Shown here piece by piece: positions 29,502 to 38,052 of a DNA stretch of 64,000 bases. The notes under the pieces are model-generated. The model worked only from the letters and a program-made list of their open reading frames with translations, was not told the DNA's origin and ran no database searches. The position numbers were made by a program, and so were the translations under genes. The DNA is from an uncultured Dialister sp. (lineage in GTDB: Bacteria > Bacillota > Negativicutes > Veillonellales > Dialisteraceae), in assembly GCA_938038225.1 (NCBI GenBank), contig CALHRX010000005.1, positions 5,509-69,508 on the forward strand. The letters are read 5' to 3'. Numbering within the stretch: position 1 is the first letter of the stretch; each line of letters starts with the position of its first letter.

Positions 29502-30803
29502 TCATACACGGGCAGCTTCCGCAGGCACTTCGTCCAGCTTTCCCTTCAGGTCATGGTCCGTCATAGCACATACAGCAGAATCAGACCAAACATTTTCTGC
29601 AGTTTCAATCATATCAATGATGGTATAAATCGGAAGAATAACTCCCATAATGCCGATCGGTACCCCCATACCGCTCATCAGAGACAGTGTCAGGAAGTAG
29701 CATCCCATAGGAACCCCTGCATTGCCTACAGCGGCAAGCACCGCAATGAACAGCCAGACAAGCATATCACTCATGGACAGCTCCATTCCTGCATTCTGCA
29801 TCAGGAAAAGAGAGGTTACCAGGATAAATGCTGCGCATCCGTTCATATTGATGGTCGTGCAGATCGGCAGAACAAAGCGGGAAACCGCCGGATTGGCCTT
29901 CAGATTATGTTCTGCAGAAGCCAGCGTAACAGGAAGTGTTCCTGCAGAGCTTTTGGTAAAAAGAGCTACTGCAATTGCCGGAGACATCTTCCGGAAAACA
30001 TCGATCGGATTTAATCCGCGAAGCACCAGAATCAGCGGAAGAATAATGAAGAACTGAATGGCATTCCCTCCGAGAACGACCAGAGTATACTTTCCGAGAG
30101 CTCCTACAATAATGCCTGCTTCAATCTGCGCGGAAAGCTGTGCGGAAAATGCCAGGATCCCTGCCGGCAGAACGAAAAGGATGGCCCGGATCAGTGTGAA
30201 AAGAAGTTCCTGGAAACCGAGGATTCCTTTTAAAAGCATCTCTCTGTTTTCCGTCTTCGGCATGAATGCAATCCCCAGACCGAAGGAAGCGGCAATAATC
30301 ATGACAGCCAGAACATTCCCCGACAAAAACGGCTGAATCATATTATTCGGAATGACGCTCAGGATATGATCATAATAAGTCAGTGTTCCCAGCTTCTGCG
30401 GTACATTCGAAGCCCCCGCGCCGATAATGTCTGCCGGAAGATTTCCCGGAGCGATCCAGAGATACATCCCGAGTCCTACTGCCGCAGCACAAACAGTCGT
30501 CAGCAGTGTATAAGTCACGGCATGTGCAAAAATTCTGCCGGTTTCCTTCTTATTTCCCAAAGCGGCCAGAGTCGTAATGACCGCCAAAGCAATCGTCGGC
30601 ACCGCGATGAATTGGAACAGCCGGGTAAATACTGTCGCAATAAAGTTGAAAAGATCATTGAGCGGTTTAATTCCCAACCATCCCAGCGCTGCCCCGATAA
30701 TCAGCGCAGCAATCCAGAGAGCAAACTGCCTCCCCTGTTTTTTCTGCTTGTTTTTATCAAGAGCCTGCCGTACCTGGCTCTCAACTTCAGAATTCTTATC
30801 CAT
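29502..30803 (-). CDS. Dicarboxylate/amino acid:cation (Na+/H+) symporter, DAACS family
   Basis: Multi-TM protein with DAACS hallmarks (…AVPTIALAVITTLAALG…, …NMNGCAAF… region). The start is set at MDKNSEV with RBS GGAGGA. Confidence 0.85.
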   Translation of the reverse strand: MDKNSEVESQVRQALDKNKQKKQGRQFALWIAALIIGAALGWLGIKPLNDLFNFIATVFTRLFQFIAVPTIALAVITTLAALGNKKETGRIFAHAVTYTLLTTVCAAAVGLGMYLWIAPGNLPADIIGAGASNVPQKLGTLTYYDHILSVIPNNMIQPFLSGNVLAVMIIAASFGLGIAFMPKTENREMLLKGILGFQELLFTLIRAILFVLPAGILAFSAQLSAQIEAGIIVGALGKYTLVVLGGNAIQFFIILPLILVLRGLNPIDVFRKMSPAIAVALFTKSSAGTLPVTLASAEHNLKANPAVSRFVLPICTTINMNGCAAFILVTSLFLMQNAGMELSMSDMLVWLFIAVLAAVGNAGVPMGCYFLTLSLMSGMGVPIGIMGVILPIYTIIDMIETAENVWSDSAVCAMTDHDLKGKLDEVPAEAARV

Positions 30804-30859
30804 ATAATCCTCCTTCAAGCCTGCAATTCCGGGTTTCTGTCCCCAAAAGGACGATAACA

Positions 30860-31112
30860 AAAAGCTCCCGTCCCAAAGGGACGAGAGCCTCGTGATTCAC
30901 ACCCAAATTTACATATACGTCACCGTATATGCCTCTATAGGTTCCGCTAGCTGAAACCATAGTCCTGTATCGGGAACACCCGGGAAGGCCTACCTTTATC
31001 GGCCCGCCAGACTCTGAAATGCACTTCGGTACCCCTTCCATATCCGCTTCCACCGTCCGGACTCTCTAGAATTTCTTGAAGGTACTTACTCTCTTTCTTC
31101 CTCGTCTTTGTT
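30860..31112 (-). promoter_or_regulatory. Long structured 5' leader (riboswitch-like) with intrinsic terminator, controlling the DAACS symporter; aptamer class not assigned (weak similarity to ydaO/c-di-AMP elements)
   Basis: Near-consensus promoter on the minus strand (TTGACA-17-TACAGT, 31119-31147). About 250 nt of GC-rich, ORF-poor leader follows. Terminator GCTCTCGTCCCTTTGGGACGGGAGCTTTTT (30860-30889) sits just 5' of the RBS. Elements GGGGUACC, GGUAGG, GGGUGUUCCC and CAGCUAGCGGAACC recall c-di-AMP riboswitch conserved blocks, but the order and spacing do not match cleanly. Confidence 0.45.
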
Positions 31113-31231
31113 GCTCATACTGTAGCATAGGAATTTGTAAATGTCAAATACTCTTTTCAAAACTTTTTCTAAAGGAATTCTCTTCCGAAATCCGAAAAAG
31201 AATCCCGTTGATCTGTACCGGATCTTCGGTC

Positions 31232-32572
31232 CTATACCAGTCTTTTCCTCCACACGCCCTGATGCCAGCGCCAGAAAAATACCAGTCCGCGGATGCATTC
31301 ATCAGCCGCCATGGCAATCCAAACCCCGGCCAGTCCCCAGTAAAGATGAACACCAAGAAGCCATGCCCCGAAAGTTGCAACTCCCCACATGAAAATGATG
31401 CCGATCGTCACCGGCGCCCGTACATCGCCGGCCGCATTCAATGCCATAACCATACTCATATTAACAGCTCTTCCGATTTCCAGGAAAATTTCAATAAAGA
31501 GAATCGTTTTCCCCAGCGCATGAATCTCCGGATCGTCGGTAAAGATGGAAAGGACCGCATCTGCATTGAGATACAGGAAAAGAGCAATCGAGCCGGACAG
31601 AAGCATTGCTACCGAAATCGTAAATTTTACCCGGCGGTCCACTTCTTCATTATCGCCGGCGCCTTTAAAATATCCCACAAGAATCTGCGTAGCCATTGCC
31701 AGGGATTGAGAGTATACATAGCTCATCATGGCGATAATGTAGCAGTATACCTTCGTAGTAATAACGATAACGCCGAAAATGTTCACAAACTTCATGATGA
31801 CTGTCTGCGACAGCTGATAGGAGAAAGTTTCTCCTCCGGAAGGAATCCCCAGATACAGGATCTTCCGCAGGGTCTCCCACGGGAACGGGCGGAAAAACTT
31901 CATCGAAAGCCTTGCCGGCGTATATCGGTGAAAAAGATAAACAATCAGGAAAAAGCCTATGAATTTGGAGATATTCGTAGAAATGCAGACCCCCAGCACC
32001 CCCAGAGAGGGAATCGGGCCCCAGCCGTGAATAAGAATCATATTTCCGCCGATATTGATCAGATTCATGACCAGTGAACAGATCATGGTCAGCTTCAGCA
32101 GCGCAAATCCCCGCAGAAAAGAAATAAAGGCCATATACATACTTTGTATAAAGACGAAAATTCCAATCCACCGCAGATACAGCGATGCGTCCGCCCAGGT
32201 CTCCTCCGGCATGCCCAATGCAGTCAGGAAGAAATCATCAAACAGAAAAAGAAGGACACTGATAATGAGTCCCAGTACCAGATTTGTTCCCAAAGCCACA
32301 CTGCAGACCTCGCTGACCTTGGAAAGATTTCCCGCTCCCCGATAATGAGCAATCAGTATGGTTGCTGCCTGAGAAAGGACTGCCAGAGTCAGGATCACCA
32401 GATTAAAGATGACATTATCATTTCCGACGGCCGCCACACTTCCCGTAGAATACCGGCTCAGCATGAACTGGTCCACATTCGGTACCATCATCTGCAGAAC
32501 AGTCTCAACAAAAATAGGAACGGACATGGAAAATACTGTCCAGCGGCTTTTATATAACTCATGAGATGCCAC
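31232..32572 (-). CDS. MATE family efflux transporter
   Basis: 446-aa 12-TM protein with a typical MATE N-terminus (…VPIFVETVLQMMVPNVDQFMLSRYS…). Confidence 0.85.
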   Translation of the reverse strand: MASHELYKSRWTVFSMSVPIFVETVLQMMVPNVDQFMLSRYSTGSVAAVGNDNVIFNLVILTLAVLSQAATILIAHYRGAGNLSKVSEVCSVALGTNLVLGLIISVLLFLFDDFFLTALGMPEETWADASLYLRWIGIFVFIQSMYMAFISFLRGFALLKLTMICSLVMNLINIGGNMILIHGWGPIPSLGVLGVCISTNISKFIGFFLIVYLFHRYTPARLSMKFFRPFPWETLRKILYLGIPSGGETFSYQLSQTVIMKFVNIFGVIVITTKVYCYIIAMMSYVYSQSLAMATQILVGYFKGAGDNEEVDRRVKFTISVAMLLSGSIALFLYLNADAVLSIFTDDPEIHALGKTILFIEIFLEIGRAVNMSMVMALNAAGDVRAPVTIGIIFMWGVATFGAWLLGVHLYWGLAGVWIAMAADECIRGLVFFWRWHQGVWRKRLV

Positions 32573-32730
32573 AATAAACCTCCTGTGAAAAACGGTCTTA
32601 TGATATCATCAAAATTTCCTGCCCGCAAGAAAAGAAGCAATTCTTTATCAATTCATTACATTCTTTTTCCCTGAAAAGGTCTTGAAAAAAACGTACGGAT
32701 AAGGCATAATATAATACAGCTTAAATCCAT

Positions 32731-32806
32731 GGGCGATTAGCTCAGCTGGGAGAGCGTCTGCCTTACAAGCAGAATGTCAGCAGTTCGATCCTGTTATCGC
32801 CCACCA
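32731..32806 (+). tRNA. tRNA-Val (anticodon TAC)
   Basis: Cloverleaf GGGCGAT...ATCGCCCA acceptor, anticodon loop CUUACAA, T-loop GTTCGATCC, CCA encoded. Confidence 0.9.
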
Positions 32807-32807
32807 C

Positions 32808-32840
32808 AAAAAAGACTTCACGATGTGAAGTCTTTTTTAC
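32808..32840 (+). terminator. Intrinsic terminator after tRNA-Val copy 1
   Basis: AAAAAGACTTCACGATGTGAAGTCTTTTTT hairpin. Confidence 0.7.
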
Positions 32841-32984
32841 TTTTCCGGAAGCGGGACTTCCGGCTTTCCCCAGCCGCTCATTCCTTCCCGAAAGGGGCCC
32901 TTTTCCGAAAATTGACAAAATAAAAAAAGCACTTGCAAAGTCCGAACGAATCTGCTATTATAATGAACGTACTCACGTACGCAT

Positions 32985-33060
32985 TCCTGAATAGCTCAGC
33001 CGGTAGAGCGCGTGACTGTTAATCACGATGTCGCAGGTTCGAACCCTGCTTCAGGAGCCA
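32985..33060 (+). tRNA. tRNA-Asn (anticodon GTT)
   Basis: Acceptor UCCUGAA/UUCAGGA, anticodon loop CUGUUAA, T-loop GTTCGAACC, CCA encoded. A TTGCAA-17-TATTAT promoter with A-rich UP element lies at about 32928-32960. Confidence 0.9.
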
Positions 33061-33062
33061 GT

Positions 33063-33137
33063 GGCCTGTTCGTCAAGTGGTTAAGACACCGCCCTTTCAC
33101 GGCGGGTTCGGGGGTTCGAATCCCCCACAGGTCACCA
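33063..33137 (+). tRNA. tRNA-Glu (anticodon TTC)
   Basis: 3-bp D stem typical of tRNA-Glu, anticodon arm CCGCC-CUUUCAC-GGCGG, T-loop GGGGGTTCGAATCCCCC, CCA encoded. Confidence 0.85.
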
Positions 33138-33141
33138 ATGT

Positions 33142-33217
33142 GGGCGATTAGCTCAGCTGGGAGAGCGTCTGCCTTACAAGCAGAATGTCAGCAGTTCGAT
33201 CCTGTTATCGCCCACCA
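33142..33217 (+). tRNA. tRNA-Val (anticodon TAC), second identical copy
   Basis: Sequence identical to the tRNA at 32731-32806 and followed by the same terminator hairpin (33219-33252, one mismatch). Confidence 0.9.
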
Positions 33218-33477
33218 CAAAAAAGACTTCACGATGTGAGGTCTTTTTTATTTTCCGCAAAAGAAAATTCCATAAAAACAGGAAAGCCTTTATTTCCCGG
33301 TTTCTTTTAAATCAGGAAATAAAGGCTTTCTTCATAGAACTCTCCTGTCCGCCCTCCGGGACAGCGTCAAATCCCGCAAAATCCCGGTCTCCTTTTCCAT
33401 TCCGTCACACCTGATTGGGAAAAAGGCAAACAGAATCTGTGCTTTCTGCCGCTTCACGAATCCTGCTGATATTCAAA

Positions 33478-33512
33478 AAAAGAGCCGGTCGGTCTATCCG
33501 GCTCTTTTTCTG
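33478..33512. terminator. Bidirectional terminator downstream of the LarA-like gene
   Basis: AAAAAGAGCCGGTCGGTCTATCCGGCTCTTTTTC palindromic hairpin. Confidence 0.6.
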
Positions 33513-33554
33513 AATGAATTGGTAAAATCGGTGCCTCAGGTATTTACCGGGTCC

Positions 33555-34802
33555 TCATTCCAGCATGGGAAGTGTCGATCCGCCCAGAGGAATGACATAT
33601 ACTTCTGCGTCTTTTCCCATTTTATCCAAAGCAGCATCCACGGCCGTCTGCATATCACGGAAAGGCGTCATATTGGCCCTGCGCACCTGTTCCTCCTCCA
33701 TGTCTGTCACCAGGTAAATGCTGCATTTCTTCTGAACCAGCGCCAGCGCCGCCGATTTATGTCCGCCCAGTTCAAAATGCTCATGAATGGCTTTCACCCG
33801 ATCATCCGGCGTTTCATAATTCCGGATCCATTTTTCGAATACATCACTGCCGTAGCCTTCCTTGCAGGAAGCGGAAACAACCATGACACCGCCTTCCCGG
33901 ACCGCATGTTTTGCATTATCGATAGCCTTCTGTGCCTGATACAGACTGATATCCTTCGGGTAACCTCCGGCAGAAACGATGACGACATCTGCAGGGTGCC
34001 CGATTTTTATTTTGTAAATGCCGTCCAGAAAATGACAGGCTTTCCGATGCGCCTGAACCCGGTCTCCTGCCGCCGCAAAAGCAATTTTTTTATGATCATC
34101 CAGAACCACATTCACAATAAAATCGACTGGGCAGAAATCATACGCCTTTTCCATATCTTCCCGCACGGGATTTCCGTCCAGGTGACCTGCATAGGCACCG
34201 TTCCGGATCATGTTTTTATGATTGGACTGAATTGATGCACGGGAAGCCACACCGGGCATCAGGGCTTTCATACCGCCGCTGTATCCCGCAAAGTAATGAT
34301 ATTCCACATTCCCCAGAAGAATGCGCCGGTCTGCTTTGACCACCTCGGAAAAAATATCCACGGACGTGCCGTTCGGGCAGGTTCCCAGATGAATGCAGTC
34401 CTCCGGATCGCTTTCTATGCAGCGAAAATTCTCATATACCTTATCCCCTACCAAACGTCTTTTTTCCTCTTCCGTCTGTTTTCTGTGCGACCCCAGACCA
34501 AAAACAACCGTCACGTCCTCCTTACGGCATCCTGCCTTTTCCAGTTCCTCCCACACACAGGGAATCACAATTCCGGAAGGCATCGGGCGGGTCACGTCAC
34601 TGGTAATAATAACCACCTTTTCGCCGGGTTTTACAATATCCGAAAGCTTTTCCGTTCCGATCGGATGCGCCAGTGCTTCCCGGACCTCTTCCGTTTCCGA
34701 TTCCGCGGCAGGACACTGCATCGGATACAGCTCCGTCGGATGATGAGAATCATCCACATGAAATGAAACCAGATCCTTCCCATATTTAATGCTGAATTCC
34801 AT
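33555..34802 (-). CDS. LarA-family (nickel-pincer cofactor-dependent lactate racemase-like, DUF2088) protein
   Basis: About 415 aa. Conserved LarA-type regions (…VVIITSDVTRPMPSG…, …HYFAGYSGGMKALMPG…, …GDRVQAHRKACHFLD…). The start is set at MEFSIKYG with RBS GGAGGAA. Confidence 0.75.
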   Translation of the reverse strand: MEFSIKYGKDLVSFHVDDSHHPTELYPMQCPAAESETEEVREALAHPIGTEKLSDIVKPGEKVVIITSDVTRPMPSGIVIPCVWEELEKAGCRKEDVTVVFGLGSHRKQTEEEKRRLVGDKVYENFRCIESDPEDCIHLGTCPNGTSVDIFSEVVKADRRILLGNVEYHYFAGYSGGMKALMPGVASRASIQSNHKNMIRNGAYAGHLDGNPVREDMEKAYDFCPVDFIVNVVLDDHKKIAFAAAGDRVQAHRKACHFLDGIYKIKIGHPADVVIVSAGGYPKDISLYQAQKAIDNAKHAVREGGVMVVSASCKEGYGSDVFEKWIRNYETPDDRVKAIHEHFELGGHKSAALALVQKKCSIYLVTDMEEEQVRRANMTPFRDMQTAVDAALDKMGKDAEVYVIPLGGSTLPMLE

Positions 34803-34929
34803 GATTCCTCCTTCTGCAAAACTGCTGATGTAAATCATATCCCATAAATTGTATTATATATTAGCAATACTTATATTTTAATTATACTATATCTTCTTCT
34901 GTGATCCTGTAATTTTTTATAAAAAATCC

Positions 34930-34958
34930 TTGACAAGGAACAGCAATGCGCCTATAAT
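34930..34958 (+). promoter_or_regulatory. Consensus sigma-70 promoter for the serC leader
   Basis: Perfect TTGACA (34930-35), a 17-nt spacer, then TATAAT (34953-58). Confidence 0.7.
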
Positions 34959-34964
34959 CCAAAC

Positions 34965-35190
34965 ATAAGCAAAAGCCAAGGACGAAGAAGGGATACAGAT
35001 TCTTTTTCCAGAGAGTCAGCATTTCGGTGTAAGCTGATAAAGGAACTTTATCTTTCCGCTTCGGAGACATAGGTGAGGAATCTATCGGGTATGCCCGTTA
35101 CAGCAAATCAAAGATGGCCGAAAGGCAATTTGGGTGGTATCGCGGGTGCTCTCGTCCCTTAGAGGATGAGAGCTTTTTATTTTCCCCATC
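34965..35190 (+). promoter_or_regulatory. T-box riboswitch leader with terminator, upstream of serC-serA
   Basis: T-box sequence AAUUUGGGUGGUAUCGCGGGUG at 35127-35148. Terminator GCUCUCGUCCCUUAGAGGAUGAGAGC plus T-run (35147-35184). An AG-box-like AGAGAG and a GGUG distal element lie upstream. The specifier was not resolved. Confidence 0.75.
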
Positions 35191-35285
35191 TCCCAGGTCC
35201 TTTCTGCTAAATTGGGTGGCACCGCGAGAAAAGAGAAGCTCGTCCCATGGGACGTCTTCTCTTTTTCTATTTCGGGAGGAAAAAA

Positions 35286-36356
35286 ATGAAACGAGTATAC
35301 AACTTTAATGCAGGCCCATCCCCTATGCCTCTGGAAGTACTGGAAGAACTCCAGCAGGATCTGACCGATTTTCGGAATACCGGTATGGGCATCACGGAAA
35401 TTTCCCACCGTTCCAATGAATTCCAGGATATGCTGGATGAAACGAAAGCGGACCTTCATGAGCTGATGCATCTCGGTGAAAATTATAAAATCGTTTTCAT
35501 CCAGGGCGGCGGCACCATGCAGTTCCTCATGACGGCAGCCAATTTCCTTCATACAAAAGGCGCCTATGCCGACACAGGTGTGTGGACCCAAAAGGCAAAG
35601 AAAACCGCCGCCTTCTTCGGAGAGGTCTATGATGCCTCCTCCGCCGCAGACAAAGATTATTCCTACATTCCCGATACGGTTCAGATCCGGCCGGATACAG
35701 ATTACCTCTATCTCTGCTCCAATAACACCATCTACGGAACAGAATACAAGGATTTCCCCAAAACAGACATTCCCATCATAGCAGACATGTCCTCCGATAT
35801 TCTTTCCAGAGAAATTGACTTCAACCGGTTCAGTCTTATCTGGGCAGGCATTCAGAAAAATCTGGGCGCCGCAGGATGCGCCTTTGCAGCCATCCGGGAA
35901 GATTTTCTGGAAAAAGCAAGGACCGATATTCCGGAATACCTGCAGTACCGCACCTTTGTTGCAAAGGATTCCACCTATAATACCCCTCCGGTATTCTGCA
36001 TCTATACACTGAATCGAATGCTCCACTGGATCAAGGGACAGGGCGGACTCCCTGCGGTGGAAGAACGAAATAAACGCAAAGCACAAATGATTTACGACGT
36101 CATCGATGCCAGTGACGGCTTCTATAAGGGGCATGCAGAGAAAAAGGACAGAAGCCGCATGAATATCACCTTCAATCTGACCGATTCGGCTATGGAAAAG
36201 GATTTCATCGCCCAAGCCAGGGAAAATGATTTTGTCGGAATAAAAGGCCACCGTCTCATCGGCGGTCTCCGGATATCTCTGTACAATGCAGTCACACCGG
36301 AAGCGGCCTCTGCCCTGGCGGAATTCATGAAGGAATATGCCCGGAAGAACGGATAA
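35286..36356 (+). CDS. serC: Phosphoserine aminotransferase
   Basis: MKRVYNFNAGPSPMPLEVLEE... is the classic SerC N-terminus. RBS GGGAGGAAAAAAATG. Confidence 0.95.
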   Translation: MKRVYNFNAGPSPMPLEVLEELQQDLTDFRNTGMGITEISHRSNEFQDMLDETKADLHELMHLGENYKIVFIQGGGTMQFLMTAANFLHTKGAYADTGVWTQKAKKTAAFFGEVYDASSAADKDYSYIPDTVQIRPDTDYLYLCSNNTIYGTEYKDFPKTDIPIIADMSSDILSREIDFNRFSLIWAGIQKNLGAAGCAFAAIREDFLEKARTDIPEYLQYRTFVAKDSTYNTPPVFCIYTLNRMLHWIKGQGGLPAVEERNKRKAQMIYDVIDASDGFYKGHAEKKDRSRMNITFNLTDSAMEKDFIAQARENDFVGIKGHRLIGGLRISLYNAVTPEAASALAEFMKEYARKNG

Positions 36357-36450
36357 TTCCGGAGGAAAGCCGCCGGGCTTCTGCCCCGATCTTTTCCAAT
36401 CAGAAAACAGAATCTAACAGTATCTATAGAAATCAAGGGAGGAATTTATT

Positions 36451-38040
36451 ATGTATCGTATTTTCATTACCAAGGACGTAGCCAAGGAAGCCCGTGAATT
36501 ACTGGAAAAAGAATTCATTGTCGATATCCGGGACAATATGACGGAAGATGAACTGTGCAAAGCCATCGCCGATTATGACGCCATCATCACCCGAAGCCAG
36601 ACAAAGGTCACCGCCAAGGTCATTCAGGCCGCAAAAAATCTGAAGGTCATCGGCCGCGCCGGTGTCGGAATCGACGGAATCGACATCAAGGAAGCCACCA
36701 AGAGAGGCATTACCGTCGTCAATACGCCGGAATCCAACACCATTGCCGCCTGCGAACACACCATCGCTCTGATGCTCGCCATGACCCGCCACATTCCTCA
36801 GGCACATCAGTCCATTATGGAAGGCCGCTGGGACCGTAAAAGCTTCACCGGCATCCAGCTTCTGGATAAGACCGTAGGCATCATCGGCGTCGGCCGTGTC
36901 GGTTCCAATGTCGCCAAGCGTCTCCAGGCCTTCAATATGAAAACTATCGGATACGATCCTTATATCCCGGCAGAAAGAGGCAAGCAGCTCGGCGTCGAAC
37001 TGGTGGATCTGGATACTTTGCTGAGGGAATCGGACTATATCACCCTTCATACACCGCTTACTGATGAAACACGGGGCATGATCGGCGCTGCGGAAATCGC
37101 GAAAATGAAGGACGGCGTCCGCCTGGTCAATGCTTCCCGCGGAGCCGTTGTCGATATTCAGGCTCTGGCAGAAGCACTGAAATCCGGCAAGGTAGCCGGT
37201 GCAGGCATCGATGTATGGCCCAATGAACCGCTCACTGCGGAAAACAACCCCTTCCTGGGCATGACCAATGTGGCACTCACACCGCATCTGGGGGCTTCCA
37301 CAAAAGAAGCTCAGGCCGGCGTTGCTACCGATGTTGCCATCGGTGTAGCCCAGGCACTTCACGGAGAACCTGTTGCCACTGCCGTAAATGCTTCCCCCAT
37401 TACAAAGGCTACGCTCCATGTCATCCAGCCTTATTTCGACCTTTGCGAAAGAATGGGCAACATTGCCATCGATCTTGCCGGCGGCCGTATTTCCGGCATA
37501 AATGTGGAATATACAGGTGAACTGACGGAAACGGAAACAGCTCCCCTCACCACCGCCGTTCTGAAAGGTCTCCTTACCCCTGTCCTCCAGCAGACCGTAA
37601 ACTTTGTCAATGCAAGAAACATTGCAGAAGAACGCCATATGGAAATCCGGGAAATCAAAGCAAAAAAAGGCCATTACTTTACCAATACCATTTCCGTCAC
37701 GGTGGATACCGACAAAGGAACTCACCGCATCACCGGCGCTCTCTTCGACCGCAAGGAAGCCAAGATTGTTTCCATTGACCGTTTCCGTGTAGATCTGGAA
37801 CCGAAGGGCTGCTTCATCATTGCTCCCCATGAAGACAAACCGGGCATGATCGGCCAGGTGGCTTCTGTTCTGGGCAAGGCAGGCGTTAATATCAACGGCA
37901 TGCAGGTCGGCGCTTCCCTGGATAAAGGCATCAATGTTATGGCCGTTGCTGTAGACAGAGACATTCCCACTGCCGTCATCCCTGCTCTGATGAACATCGA
38001 CGGCATCAAGGATATCAAAGTCATCCATTGTGAACACTGA
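36451..38040 (+). CDS. serA: D-3-phosphoglycerate dehydrogenase (with C-terminal ASB/ACT regulatory domains)
   Basis: 529 aa. NAD-binding GxGxxG (GIIGVGRVG), a catalytic His/Glu/Arg region and a C-terminal ACT. Confidence 0.95.
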   Translation: MYRIFITKDVAKEARELLEKEFIVDIRDNMTEDELCKAIADYDAIITRSQTKVTAKVIQAAKNLKVIGRAGVGIDGIDIKEATKRGITVVNTPESNTIAACEHTIALMLAMTRHIPQAHQSIMEGRWDRKSFTGIQLLDKTVGIIGVGRVGSNVAKRLQAFNMKTIGYDPYIPAERGKQLGVELVDLDTLLRESDYITLHTPLTDETRGMIGAAEIAKMKDGVRLVNASRGAVVDIQALAEALKSGKVAGAGIDVWPNEPLTAENNPFLGMTNVALTPHLGASTKEAQAGVATDVAIGVAQALHGEPVATAVNASPITKATLHVIQPYFDLCERMGNIAIDLAGGRISGINVEYTGELTETETAPLTTAVLKGLLTPVLQQTVNFVNARNIAEERHMEIREIKAKKGHYFTNTISVTVDTDKGTHRITGALFDRKEAKIVSIDRFRVDLEPKGCFIIAPHEDKPGMIGQVASVLGKAGVNINGMQVGASLDKGINVMAVAVDRDIPTAVIPALMNIDGIKDIKVIHCEH

Positions 38041-38052
38041 GAAGGAGTTGCT

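Noticed and set aside
30860-31112. Glycine riboswitch assignment for the symporter leader
   Set aside because: It shares an ACCGAAG block, but lacks the GGAGAG...CUCAGGCAAAAGGAC cores and the tandem architecture. Kept as an unassigned structured leader instead.
35082-36251. 389-aa ORF on the - strand
   Set aside because: Antisense to serC, which has an unambiguous match.
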